A stretch of DNA of 64,000 nt, taken from positions 22,213,365 through 22,277,364 of the forward strand of contig NC_092678.1 of assembly GCF_964355755.1 (NCBI RefSeq), given 5' to 3'. This DNA is from Antedon mediterranea (Eukaryota > Animalia > Echinodermata). The notes beneath the pieces were generated by a model. The model did not search any database. It was not told where the DNA came from and saw nothing but the letters and a program-made list of their open reading frames with translations. The position numbers and the translations under genes are program-made. This document shows positions 12,852-25,700 of this stretch, one piece after another. Each line of letters begins with the position of its first letter. Positions within the stretch are counted from its first letter, which is position 1.

Positions 12852-13335
12852 TCATTGTTTCATCATACTGCACTGCAAGATCTTGTCAAAGACACGATTC
12901 TCTCTCTTATTCGGTGCAGGCACACTAGTGCCGTACGGTAAGCTTGTTAAGTTGTATCAGAAAAAAACATAATAAAATGGGATAAGTTATTTCTTATACC
13001 CTGCCCATCTTTAAAATCCGAGGAGACTGATCAATACGTCACGTCCTGTAAGCCTGGACATAACTAAATTGTTTATTCGGATTAATGTTCTCGCCGCGTA
13101 AAAAGACTAGAGATACGCGCTTGTCTGTACTATGTACAATGTGACGTATGTTGAATAAAGTGTACGTCTATAATGCACTTCCTACAGAAGAATGTACAAA
13201 TATGACAATAGGATAATAGGAGTTGACTTGCCTTTATTTAGCAGCTGACTAGATATGTAAATAATGTAATGGGAAATCTTATGGGGTGATTAACACAATG
13301 CTATATATACTTTTTAAAATATTAATAATTACTTA

Positions 13336-13496
13336 AGCTTGGTTCCCACTAGAACGTAACGCAAGCGTTTTAACCAATGACAAGCGAAGTTATAGACAGT
13401 TAGCAATCACAAGCGAATAAGCCATCGCTTGTGATTGGTCAATTTTACTTTCGTTGCGTTACGTCCTTGCGTTGCGTCGCTAGTGGGAACCACGCT
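13336..13496. mobile_element. MITE family A copy with TTA target-site duplication
   Basis: tta|agcttggttcccactag..ctagtgggaaccacgct|tta. Confidence 0.85.
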
Positions 13497-13643
13497 TTAG
13501 TGTACATTACATTGAATTGATAAACTCATTTTACTAACAATGTAGTAGAATTCGTAGAATCAGACGCATTATGTGCCTTTTCTTTAACTGTAGTATTATC
13601 TACATGCTTGAATAGTATTAATAGGCCTATGTGTTTCATATAA

Positions 13644-13815
13644 TGCTTGGTTGTCACTAGCGACGCAAAGCAAGTACGTATAGTGCAACATAAGTACGTA
13701 TAGTGCAACGTAAGTACGTAAGTGATTTGACTAATCGCAAGCAATGGATTATTCGAGCTGTCGCTTGTCATTGGTCAACTCGCTTGCATTGCGTCTCTCT
13801 AGTGGGAACCAAGCT
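13644..13815. mobile_element. MITE family A copy (diverged)
   Basis: tgcttggttgtcactag..ctagtgggaaccaagct. Confidence 0.7.
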
Positions 13816-14235
13816 TAAGTCTATCATGCCGTACGCATGAAATCAAGATTTCAATCTATACTAAACTGAATTAATAGTTTATTAATAGATATATTAATTG
13901 TATAGGCCTATATGTTTTAATATAAAAAAATAAAATTGTTATAAAAAATAGTTTGCTAATGTAATAAATAAACGTGTATAATACTTACATAAACATAATG
14001 AAATTTGTATATATTCGTACATTTTTTGTTTATATCGAATAAAATATATTTCTGTACAATTTTTAACATATTAATTGGTTGTTGTATATTGTATTAGTAA
14101 CTGTGTCGGACAATAAACAGCGCCGCCTGCACCTCACAAAATCCGTCTTATTAATTACTATACCGTGTCGGTTTCATTAATACTGTCCATTCATTATTAA
14201 GTCACTTTACGGATAGACCACGCCAAGCAAACAGG

Positions 14236-17200
14236 ATGATCACTGACGGAGCCTCTGAAGCGTTGAACACCACTGAAAAGAACGGCGCTGCCGCGGTTGA
14301 TGTTGAGGTTAGTAAAAATATAGGCCTAACAACATTCATAGAATTTAATTATCGTATATTGTGTATTTAGATAATGATATTGCCATCACCTTCCATAAAT
14401 ATATATATAACTATATAGTATACATGTAATATTGTATATACTATACCAAGTATAAGTGTGTGTGTATACCAACATCTGTTTACAGTTATTGATATAATAA
14501 AAGTACATACTGGCACAAATACCTTAAACGTGGTTCCCACTAGCGACGCAACGCAAGGACGTAACGCAACGCAAGTGAATTGACCAATCACAAGCGATGG
14601 CTTATTCGTTTGTGATTGCTAACTGTCTATAACTTCGCTTGTCATTGGTTAAAACGCTTGCGTTGCGTTTACATCCTTGCGTTACGCTCTAGTGGGAACC
14701 AAGCTTAAAAGAGCCATGTTACGTGGATACATTGCGTTACAAATGGGCTTGTTTTAAAAAGTACGTATGCCTACGCAGTTTTTGGAATAAATGTACCTGT
14801 ATTTAATTCAAACAACATGGCAATTCGAAGTAATTAGTTTTTAAGCCATGCTTATAGATAGTATTATCATCCCATTGTATTATACCTTATTGACGTCATT
14901 TTAGCAATTAACACAATGACGTCATTTTCGTTCATTTACATTTAAATAATGGAGAGAAAAAACCCTTCATAATCTCAGCACATTTCATGATATAACAACA
15001 TTCTTATGAACAGCCTTTGTTACGTGAATTGTATTCCATTGCTATCAGGTATAATCCATACAATTACTTGAATCAACAACACTCAACACAACCTACACCT
15101 CATAGTACTCTTGACCATGGGGAGCGTCATTGACGAATTCTAAGAAATTACAACGTCCGGCTTATTATTATTATTATTATTAAAGCCACTACAACTCTTA
15201 ATTTGTATTTTCTCACAACATTTCAAACCCACGTGGTATCGCGTTTCTCTGTTCCGGCAAGCTATCATATGGGAGCTTCAAAGTGCTGGAGAATGTGGAG
15301 CGGTGTAAATAGTTCCTCTGCTTTTTTTTGGCTATTTTAGGATATTTTATGGATCATTTTTGTGTGTAATAGCTTAAAAACATTGTATTAGGCGCTATAT
15401 AAGACTTATTACCATTATTATGTATATACTTATTAATTAATGAAGTTTATATTGCATAGTGTCCTAATTATTTTTGGCCTACTCCGATTTTAATGGTTGG
15501 GTTTCAATTGGTACAACAGGCTTCAACATTAACAATTAAAACCCGTCACAATAGTATTAGAAAGTATATATAGTAAATACGAAATGTCTTGTTCCCTAAA
15601 CAAACATTTTAAATCCTCAAACATTAAGTCGTAAATCAAATTAATTTTTGATACTGTACCAACAACAGGAAATTAAATAACATTTGTTTTCATATGAAAT
15701 ATGAATGAAATACTATTATAACACCTTGGACTAATTCCATACTTGAAGGCCAGTGACCAATTAGCGAGAAATGATTAGCGAGAAATGTTTACCGTAACTA
15801 ATCCAAGTAGCTTAACAACAGTTTTGCCATTTGGAATGCAACCATATTGTCATTACTAAAAATAAATAAAGTAGGCCTACGTTATTAGAATATTACCGTA
15901 TTTCTATATTGGGTGGCCATATCATTAAACTAAAGCGTGGTTCCCACTAGAGTGACGCAACGCAGTGACGTATTTGCTGTATTGCGTACTGTAATCACAA
16001 GTGGAACCGACGCACGACACAACAGTGCAAACATCGCGGGTTTTATTTCACGCAGGCGGGGGAAAATACAATTATTGGAAAGGCATTTGCTTACGTTGCG
16101 TAGGTTGCGTTACGTTGCGTCGCTAGTGGGAACCAAGCTTTAGAAGCTGAAATGAAGTGCTGAACTTAAACATTTGAATGTTCCTTATTTCGCATGTCAT
16201 TTTCGAAATGGATAGTTTTAAGAACGAAATAAGCGTGGACATGCTGATTAGTTTTTTAAAATCATATTTTCTAAAACAGTTGTTGATATTATTAATGAAT
16301 ACATGCAATGATATAATAATTATTATATTACTGTCACTTTTTTTTGATGGATTGTAATGCATTTCGCAGTTTTTTAGAATAAATCTACTGTGATCAATCA
16401 AAAGAAAATATGTTTTCATAAGCCATGCTCAGTACAGTATTAACACCCTATTGTTCCGTGAACTTAACCCATATACCTTATTCGCAATGACGTCATCTTG
16501 GCAATCAACACAAATGACGTTATATAACTGAGGGCCATTAGGTGTATGAAAGTTAAGTCCGCGCCGATGCGTGGCTTTCTGCAACTTCGAAACGTGACTG
16601 TTTTTACAATCGTATACTATCGATTTGATACTCTTAAATGAAAATAATATAATCAATTTAAAATTTATTATAATAAATTAACACAAAATTAAACAGCCCA
16701 CACATCCGCCAACGACCAATTAAAGTTATATTCACGGGAAGAGTAAAATCATTCTTTCCGGCGCGGCCTAACCGTAAATTGTAAGACCGGGTGTTACACC
16801 GGATGCGCTCATCCCAAACCGCACAGTTCAAGTTCAATTTGTTCCGAAAGTAAAATCAAGCGCGTGTCGTTAATTAGAGATGTGTGATATTTTTCGCGCC
16901 TTAATTGTTTACGTTTCTTCATAGAGATATTATAGTGAACTATAATACTCTATATAATATCTCTATGGTTTCTTAGGGACGCCTTGTTGATACGTTTTAT
17001 CGATTTATATAAAATTATTCCGGAATATTATTTACGATTATTTACAATGTCACTGTAATCTAATTATTCATTAATTTTCATAATAAAATAACCATATAAT
17101 ATTTCCATTGTGGGTTTTTATCTTTTTTTTTTCATTCAACATATTTGTGGGTTTAATTTAATTACGACCAGTTCCAGTGATTTACTTTTTTGTTTAAAAA

Positions 17201-20200
17201 ATTATTGGTCAAACTACTCACGTTCTCTCAAAACCTGAATTTTACTTTTAGGTTACGTTCTTCATAATACTATTATAGGCCAATTGGGCCTACGTCATTT
17301 TGGAGTTAGTGTTTAATGTGGTATTTAAAAAACAACAAAGGAAATCAATTTTTTTTTTCTAGGCTTACCCAACCAAGAATGGTACAGTATTGGGCAACTC
17401 CAAATATGGAAAATCCAATGAAGACCTAATATCTACTGATAGTGATGACGTCACATATAAGATAAATGATGTTCCACCTTGGTACACAACTGTTCTCTTA
17501 GGATTACAGGTAAATGTTTTTTGTTATTAGGTGAACGAACTAAGGCCTGAAATTAGTTGTATTTTGGGTAGATTTTGGGAGAAAATAAGGATTATAATAT
17601 TGTTCTTTTTCAGCATTTTATGACCATGTTTGGAAGTTGTGTATCAATTCCATTAATTTTGGCACCAGCCCTTTGCATCGGCGACGACTTGGTAGCTACA
17701 AGTGAGATCATTGGTACCATCTTTTTTGTGTCTGGTCTTGTCACGATTCTGCAAACAACATTTGGCGTCAGGTATGTAAAGCTCTGTCTACACTATCAAA
17801 ATAGTTTGATAACAAAAAGTGTGATATGCCCAAATATGGTAGTGATATGACATCATCATGTCCATATGGGCACATTTTTTCGTAACATAAAGTTTGATAG
17901 TGTAAACAGAGCTTCAGAGACCAATAATACAGTGTTTTCAATGTCACAAGATAAATGGTTCTCAAAGTAAAAGAAAAAAAAGATCGTACTCTATTCTCTA
18001 TTTTAGAGAGAACAATGCCATCATAGTCCTGTATTTAAAAAAAAATGTACATTCATATATTTTTTTGGCAGGTTGCCAATAGTACAAGGAGGTACATTTG
18101 CATTTCTAACACCAACATTCGCCATATTGAGTCTTCAAGGGGACTGCCCTGCTCCACCACCACGTGAGTTTCAATTCAATTATAGTCCCACTGTATTTGT
18201 AATAATTTCGGTATAAGCCCAGTTGAGATAATGTTTGGATTTCAAATTGTTTATATAATTCTTTCTCTTTATTACAACATTTTGTGAATATTTGACTGAA
18301 TTTTCTTTGTTACATTTTCATGTTATAAGCAAATGCAACCGAAGCTCAACTAGATGAGGCTACGGAAGTTTGGCAAGTACGCATGCGTGAGGTAGGTAAC
18401 TCTACAGTTTTTTCATCGCTGAAAATGTAACAAAACTGGTAGCAAATAATATTGAGTGTCTAAACATTTAGTTTATTAATGATTCATTTTTCTACCTTTT
18501 GTCTTAGATACAAGGAGCTATAATAGTCGCCTCCATTTTTCAAGTCGTAATTGGATTTAGTGGAATAATGGGATTTGTACTGAAATACATCGGACCATTG
18601 GCTATAGCACCGACGATCGGTCTCGTAGGGCTTTCTTTATACGGAGCTGCAGCTTCGCGAGCTGGCGTACACTGGGGAATGTCTGTTTTGTAAGTAGGCC
18701 TATTCCACATTTACTACATAAAGATAAGATTATAAATGATTATAATGAAACAGAAAAGTTCAAAATATTCGTGACATTTTGAAGCGTATAAAAAGTGACA
18801 AAGATATACTATACTCTTTTTATAACTTGGTATTGATAGTGTAAGTTAATGGTGTTAAGTGGAAATGTCAGAAGTGTGAATTAAAGTATGGAGAACTACA
18901 AGGATGAAACTAATATGATAAAGTTAGCAATGACAACACAACATACATTATAATAACTATATAATCATTGTTTCTTATAGTACGATTTTCCTCGTTCTGC
19001 TGTTCTCGCAATATTTAAAGAACATGAATGTTCCCACTATTGGCTACAATTCCTCTGATGGCTGTCATGTGACTAAGTACCCATTTTTCAAGTTATTCCC
19101 TGTAAGTAATTTTATTATTATTTTACATGAATAGACTTGAAATTTTATTAGAGAATTGTCATGTGATGTAATGCTTACAGACTATATACTGTCTTCTTCC
19201 CTTCACAGATTATATTAGCTATTGTCATAGCGTGGATTTTCTCCGCCATTTTTACTGCAACTGACGTCTTTCCTACTAACTCGACTTCTTATGGGTACGG
19301 AGCACGAACGGATGTGAACACTGAGGTTTTAAATCAGGCACCTTGGTTTCGTTTCCCGTACCCAGGTTGGTAAAACGTGTTTTCTTCAATCGAAAATGTG
19401 GAGAATCTTAAAATTACTAGTAAAAATATTTGTATCCTTTTGTTCAGTTGCTTTTATAATTATTATAAATAAACAGATTGGTTTTAATGAATAAAACAAT
19501 ATTAAAAAGAGAGAAATTTTAACTGCTATTATTATGCAAACCTGTATTGAAATTATGGCCATGGTCTGGTGTATCATATTGAGTTTACCCGTGACAAGTA
19601 CTGTACTTAGTACGTTTTTAGACCATTGTAATTATCTACCTTTAACTAAAGTTATGGATTTAAAGTTGTATTGTATCATACAGTGCATGTTAAATATACT
19701 ATGAGGTAATTTGTACAATACAGTTCAGACAAAGAAAGACATTTCCTTCCTTTTTATGTTCTCTCTATATTTGTGTACAATAGCCTGATATTATTCTTTT
19801 CTAGGTCAGTGGGGTGCACCCGTGGTTACGGTAGCCGGTGTCTTTGGTATGCTGTCTGGAGTTTTAGCATCCATGGTCGAGTCTGTCGGTGATTACTATG
19901 CATGCGCTCGACTTTCTGGCGCGCCCCCTCCACCGGATCATGCAATAAACCGTGGAATTGGAATTGAAGGTATCGGGTGTATACTGGCTGGTTTGTGGGG
20001 TACTGGCAACGGAACAACGTCATACAGTGAGAATATTGGAGCTATTGGAATTACTAAGGTAAAGCCAATTTGGTTCAGACCTAAGATATTTCATAATTAA
20101 TCTAATCTAATCTAAACATATGGAAATTTAAATTGGTACTTGCTGAAACATATTTTCTGATAGTACAATAACAAACAAAACATATTTTGCGCAGGTTGGA

Positions 20201-21516
20201 AGTCGTCTGGTTGTACAAGTGGCGGGAATTATCATGATGTTACTTGGAGTATTTGGAAAGTTTGGAGCCCTTTTTGTGGCCTTGCCGGATCCGATCATCG
20301 GTGGCGTATTTTGTGTAATGTTTGGTAAGGTTTTATAAAATACTAATAAAATAACAATAATGAAAATTGAATACTGTGACGTCAGCAATGGGTATCGTCT
20401 GCACAATATGACGTCATTTGTTTCAATTTCAGGAATGGTAACCGGCGTTGGTTTGTCGAATCTTCAGTTCGCCAACATGAACTCTTCAAGGAATATCTTC
20501 ATTATTGGATTCTCTTTGTTGATGGGCCTTGCCCTTCCATGGTGGTTTGCTGATAATCCAGGAATTATTCAAACAGGTAAATTTTATATATTTTATATTT
20601 TTATTTTACCATTATTATTAAAAGAAAGATCTGCAAGTCTGATAAATACATATTTTTAAAATAGTAAAGCGTAATCGTTTTACTGTAAGTCACCAAAAGC
20701 AACAAGCAAGTTCAAAACGTTTTTAAAAAGAACAACAGAGCATTTACACCGCTCCTTTTGATCTCCAGCACTTTGAAGCTCCCATATGAGATATCAAAGG
20801 AGTTCCAAGCCAAAAAGGCATGTCTATCCTATTCTTAAAGCGCTGCCACAAAGCTACTAAGTTATTTTTTTGTTTTATCATTATTAGGTGTTGATGAATT
20901 GGACCAGATTATAACGGTCTTACTAAGTACGAGTATGTTTGTTGGCGGTTTCATAGGATTTCTGTTGGACAACACAATTCCAGGTAAACACATTTTCATA
21001 TCAGACAAAATTCTGTAAATAACCAAATATAAATGCATTGGTCATTATTTTTATGCTCTGTATTATTTGAAATAAACGTTTGTTAAATTTGAATTACATT
21101 ACACAGTTTTTTTTTTATTGTACGGACAGGAACCGACGAAGAGCGTGGGCTAACAAAATGGCGTCGTACTCTATCAAAAGAGATTGACTCCAGTAGTGTG
21201 GATGATGATGACGAGTCCGTGAAGACGTATGACATGCCAATTGGCATGAAATTCATCCGAAGCAGAAGCTTTTTCTCATATCTGCCATTCTGTCCCACAT
21301 TCCCTGCTCCTGCTTATAGATCTGCTACTGAAGACGGTGGTAAGAAGACCTCAATAAAATAAACACAAAAATATTTGAAAGGAAGATAACTATTTACACT
21401 TTGACTCTGAAAAAATGGATATAACAGTCTAGTAGTGTTGCGATTGTAAAATGCTGATTTTTTGTTTGTTTTTTATTCTAGTACAAGGCGAGTTAAGTGT
21501 GGATACGAGGCTGTAA
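14236..21516 (+). CDS. SLC23A: SLC23/NAT family member, paralogue B, 14 exons, about 619 aa
   Basis: Exons 14236-14307, 17363-17509, 17614-17771, 18072-18163, 18330-18391, 18508-18689, 18981-19101, 19209-19365, 19805-20058, 20195-20324, 20433-20576, 20888-20983, 21130-21339, 21482-21516 (1860 nt). Exons 3-12 have the same lengths and phases as paralogue A and the same family motifs; the protein ends ..SVDTRL*. Confidence 0.93.
14527..14705. mobile_element. MITE family A copy
   Basis: TIRs intact; near reverse-complement of 13336-13496. Confidence 0.8.
15934..16139. mobile_element. MITE family A copy
   Basis: TIRs intact; internal sequence like 231-440. Confidence 0.8.
17780..17913. mobile_element. 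MITE family B copy, 8 nt downstream of the exon-3 donor of paralogue B
   Basis: agctctgtctacactatcaaa..agtttgatagtgtaaacagagct. Confidence 0.8.
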
Positions 21517-22703
21517 AAGGTTTCCATATTGGAATGGTTGTTACAAAAAACTAATCGTTACGGAAATTTCGCATTTTAATGGAGACAATGGAGACCCATT
21601 ACAGATCTTCCACACCTGTATAATGGTGGAGACCAGTATCCATGGCAGATGGAGATTACATCGTACATACTACAGATATAGAACAATGCTATGGACCGTT
21701 GATATAACTTTCACTCGTGATTTTAAGTACTTCAATACTATATTTATATATATTTATTTTTTAAGGTGTATTTTTCTATTTATATCTGCCTGTAAAGATA
21801 TTTTAAACTTCGTAAGATAAGAAAAGCCGAGTGGTTCAAATATAATTACCAATTATTTTAATTAAGAATTGTTGAACTGATAAAAAAAAAACCGTGATTG
21901 AACGACGTGAAGGTTTTTACATAGGCCTATATTAGTTTCAACATCAACATCACGTGGTACCAAGTTATATACTGAAACACTAAGCCACTTAGAGGGTAAA
22001 ATGTTCTCAACATTTCCAAAAAAAAAATATCTGTACATTTTAAGTATTCATTCGTTATGTTTCGTTTATTTATTTGATCAGTAAAATATCAATAAAGTAC
22101 AATATACAATAATATACTTTCGACAAGAGATGGGAAATGTTGTGCAGGGCAGCTTAAGCCGAAACACATCGCTAATTAGGAAAACAATTAATTTCTAAGA
22201 TTTATACAATATTCATTTGATTCAAACAAAATATAATATAAATAAAGACTAGTAATGATTTTATTGAAACTTCAATTTTCTAGTCCTGATAAAAAAAAGT
22301 TTTCTGATTGCAGAGGGCGGTATATAGATATTAGCATGAATTACCTCATGAAATAATGGAATATTCCAGATATTTACTTTTTATTGTCAGTAAATATAAT
22401 TGCGCCTAAATTGATACATTTCTATCATTTTGTGCAATTAATTTATATTTTTTAACTTTTGTATTTTAAATAAAATGATTTTGTATTTGTCTATGTATAG
22501 ATATTGATTTATTGATATGATTTTGTATTATTCTTTCGATATTAAACACGGAACTATTTTTATTTGCGCAAGAACAAAAGGGATGGTCCTTTGTCCTAAA
22601 AACACGGCCATCTTGGTTCAGACCTGGGAAAAGCCTGCGGTGCATATAAAAAATAACATTATTATCGATAAATTTTAATCAGTTTTTCTTATAAAATCAC
22701 AAA

Positions 22704-25700
22704 ATGGATGAAGAATATGATGTTATTGTTCTTGGTACAGGTCTCAAGGTAATTATATGGATGATTATAATGTAATTTAATAGTTATTATCGAACAATTC
22801 TGAAAAGAAAGTCAGGCCCACTCGTTCTGTGTGAATCCTGACGTACCAACACACCCTACCTCCACCGGCCGGCGGCGGAGGTGGCCGGTGGAGGTATGTT
22901 CCTCCCACCACCTACGCATACATACGGTTATCCTGCCCTATAAGATCTTCTCGCACGTTAATTATTAAGTTTTAATGGCATCACAATTGTCGTATTCGAG
23001 TGTACCGTTGGGTAGTTTTTCCGTTGAGTACTTAACGGAGTATTTTGAGCGTTGAGATTGTTCTTAACGAAAAAGCTTTCATTGTCAACGTTTTCTATTC
23101 GAATGACTTTCTGTTGAGCACAAATTTACAATTCGAATACAAAAAGTACTCAACGAATCTTTACGTTGACAACGAAAGTTCCCAATCAAATACGACAAAT
23201 GATGGACTGTGTGTGTTTATTTTTTGTGGTGATGATATGACTTCTCTGAATCCCAGTTCAGTTAGTGGTGGTGGTACTGGTAGGCCAACAACAACAAAAA
23301 AGGCTGTAATTTTATACTGATGGGCTACGTTTTTATATGCCTAAATAGCTAGTAGTAAGCCTAGTAATCAGTTCAGTAGTACGTGCATTATTTCCATGCG
23401 TGCTATCTAGGCTTTGGCATAGTGAATAGTGTAGTAAGTTATATTAATATGATAATTAACGATGCAGAGTCCAAACTGTATAGTTTCTGGAAGCAACTAT
23501 TACATTCCTAGGCCTAGATTATAAGTTTATTTAAACATTTTGTTTCAGGAATGCATTCTAAGTGGACTGTTGTCTGTGAAGGGCAAGAAGGTATTGCATG
23601 TTGACAGAAATAGCTATTATGGAGGAAGTAGTGCATCCATTACGCCACTTGATCAGGTGAGCAAATAAATGATAATACACAATTATTGGTACTGCTAATT
23701 TCCAACATTTTTCTCTTCACTTTAAAATGTCAATAGTTGCAATTTGCAATCACATAGATCATAACTACAAACACTTTATTATGTCTATTGAAATTAAAAT
23801 CTTTTAAATTTATCCTTATTGAATTTAGTTGTTTACACATTTCGGAAAGGAAGCGCCATCCAAGATGGAAACATATGGCCGACCAAGAGATTGGAACGTA
23901 GATATTATTCCAAAGTTCCTAATGGCAAGTGGTAAGAAATAACACAAATTAAAAATTATTTTCTATTAGCGCAAAGCATACAATTTGTGGGTTGTAACCA
24001 GTGCATTGAAAATATTTGTATTTATTTATTTGGTATATAAAAATAATTACAAAACGACAGTCAAGGACTGAATTGAATTCAATTCAATTCAAAATTCTTT
24101 AATCATCCCACACGGGGCAATTCAAATAAAAATTGCATTACAAATGACTAAAAATTTGTTAAAATTGCTATAAAAATAGAAACATCTTATTAAAATTAAA
24201 TATCGAACCATAAAGTTAAAAAAATACATGAATAAAAAACCTTAAAACATTCACTTATTACATTATTACATTATATTATTTTCGATGTATAAAAATAAAT
24301 ACAATTTAACCTCTTTGGAACAGTCTATTTTGTGCCTAGCTTACCTCGATAAACCAACAATAGCCCATGCTCTTCAGAGGGCTTAGATATAAAAATTAAA
24401 AGTTCCTGGACCATAATTGACTAGTCCGCAAACAGGAACAAGTGGCAGTACATGTTTTAACACTATGACCCCTTATTCAGTGAATACTTTGTTTACATTA
24501 CACATTCATTTTTATCAAAAGTACACTTTAAACAATTCTATATGAATTGCTTGTAATAAAACAATTCTTAATTGTCTTAGGTGAATTGGTGCAAATTCTG
24601 ATAATGTCCGGTGTAACCAGGTATCTAGAATTCAAGTCAGTTGAAGGAAGCTATGTGTACAAAGGAGGCAAAATACACAAGGTGCCAGCTGACGAAAAAG
24701 AGGCTCTGACATCAAGTAAGTCAGCTATTTGTATTCAACGTATTTAATAATTATCCACAGAGCAGTGCCTACAAAGTTCATCATGTATTGTATGTATTGT
24801 ACACTGGACCAAGACTTTTAGGTCTCATCTGAAGGATGAGGCAATGACAATAATGAAGCATCACTCTCACCTTTAAAATTACAAACAAAGCAGCTTTTTA
24901 ATCCATGTCATTACTTGGCAAAATAGAATTTTTCCAAGTATAGTACTTGCTTTGTTCATTAGCATGATAGCGCCTACAATTTTCAAGTTATCATTCTGAA
25001 TATTTTAGTGTAAATAGGTATACCTACAGAACATTCCTCAATTCAAGAAAATCGGTTTATTAATAACTTCAAAAATAAAAAAAAAGATGAACTGAAATAT
25101 CATGCGCCCTCTGTGGCAATATTTTTCCAAGTACTTCACTCAGTTTTTGAGTGTTTTCATCATTCATTTAATTGTCGATACTGTTTTTTCTCAGGTTTGA
25201 TGGGTTTATTGGAGAAAAGACGATTTAAAAATTTCCTGAATTTTGCTTACAATTTTGAAGAGGGTGATGATGCAGAAAAAAAATCATTACCCAAGAATCT
25301 GACCACGGCTAGTACGATGGAACAGTGTTACAGTGCATTCGGTCTGGATAAAAACACCATGGACTTCACTGGACATGCTATAGCGTTGTATCGTGATGAC
25401 GAGTAAGTTGAATAGAGTCACCATATGCATCACTGATTTCTTTTATAGTATTCTACAGGCATGGATGGATGATATCAATCATGCCCAGAGTCAATATTTG
25501 GCGTGTTGGCTATTGGCAGAGTTGACTGCATATAATTCATTCATTACTATTGCTTTATATTGCATACTGAACTAGATAGTGGTCAGCCGTGTCGATAGGG
25601 AGTTTGACATTAGATTCACTGTCAACTGTACCAATAGAAAAAACAAATTTATATGAACAGTTGACAATGCTGATGTAAATTATTATCACTTTTATTTCTA

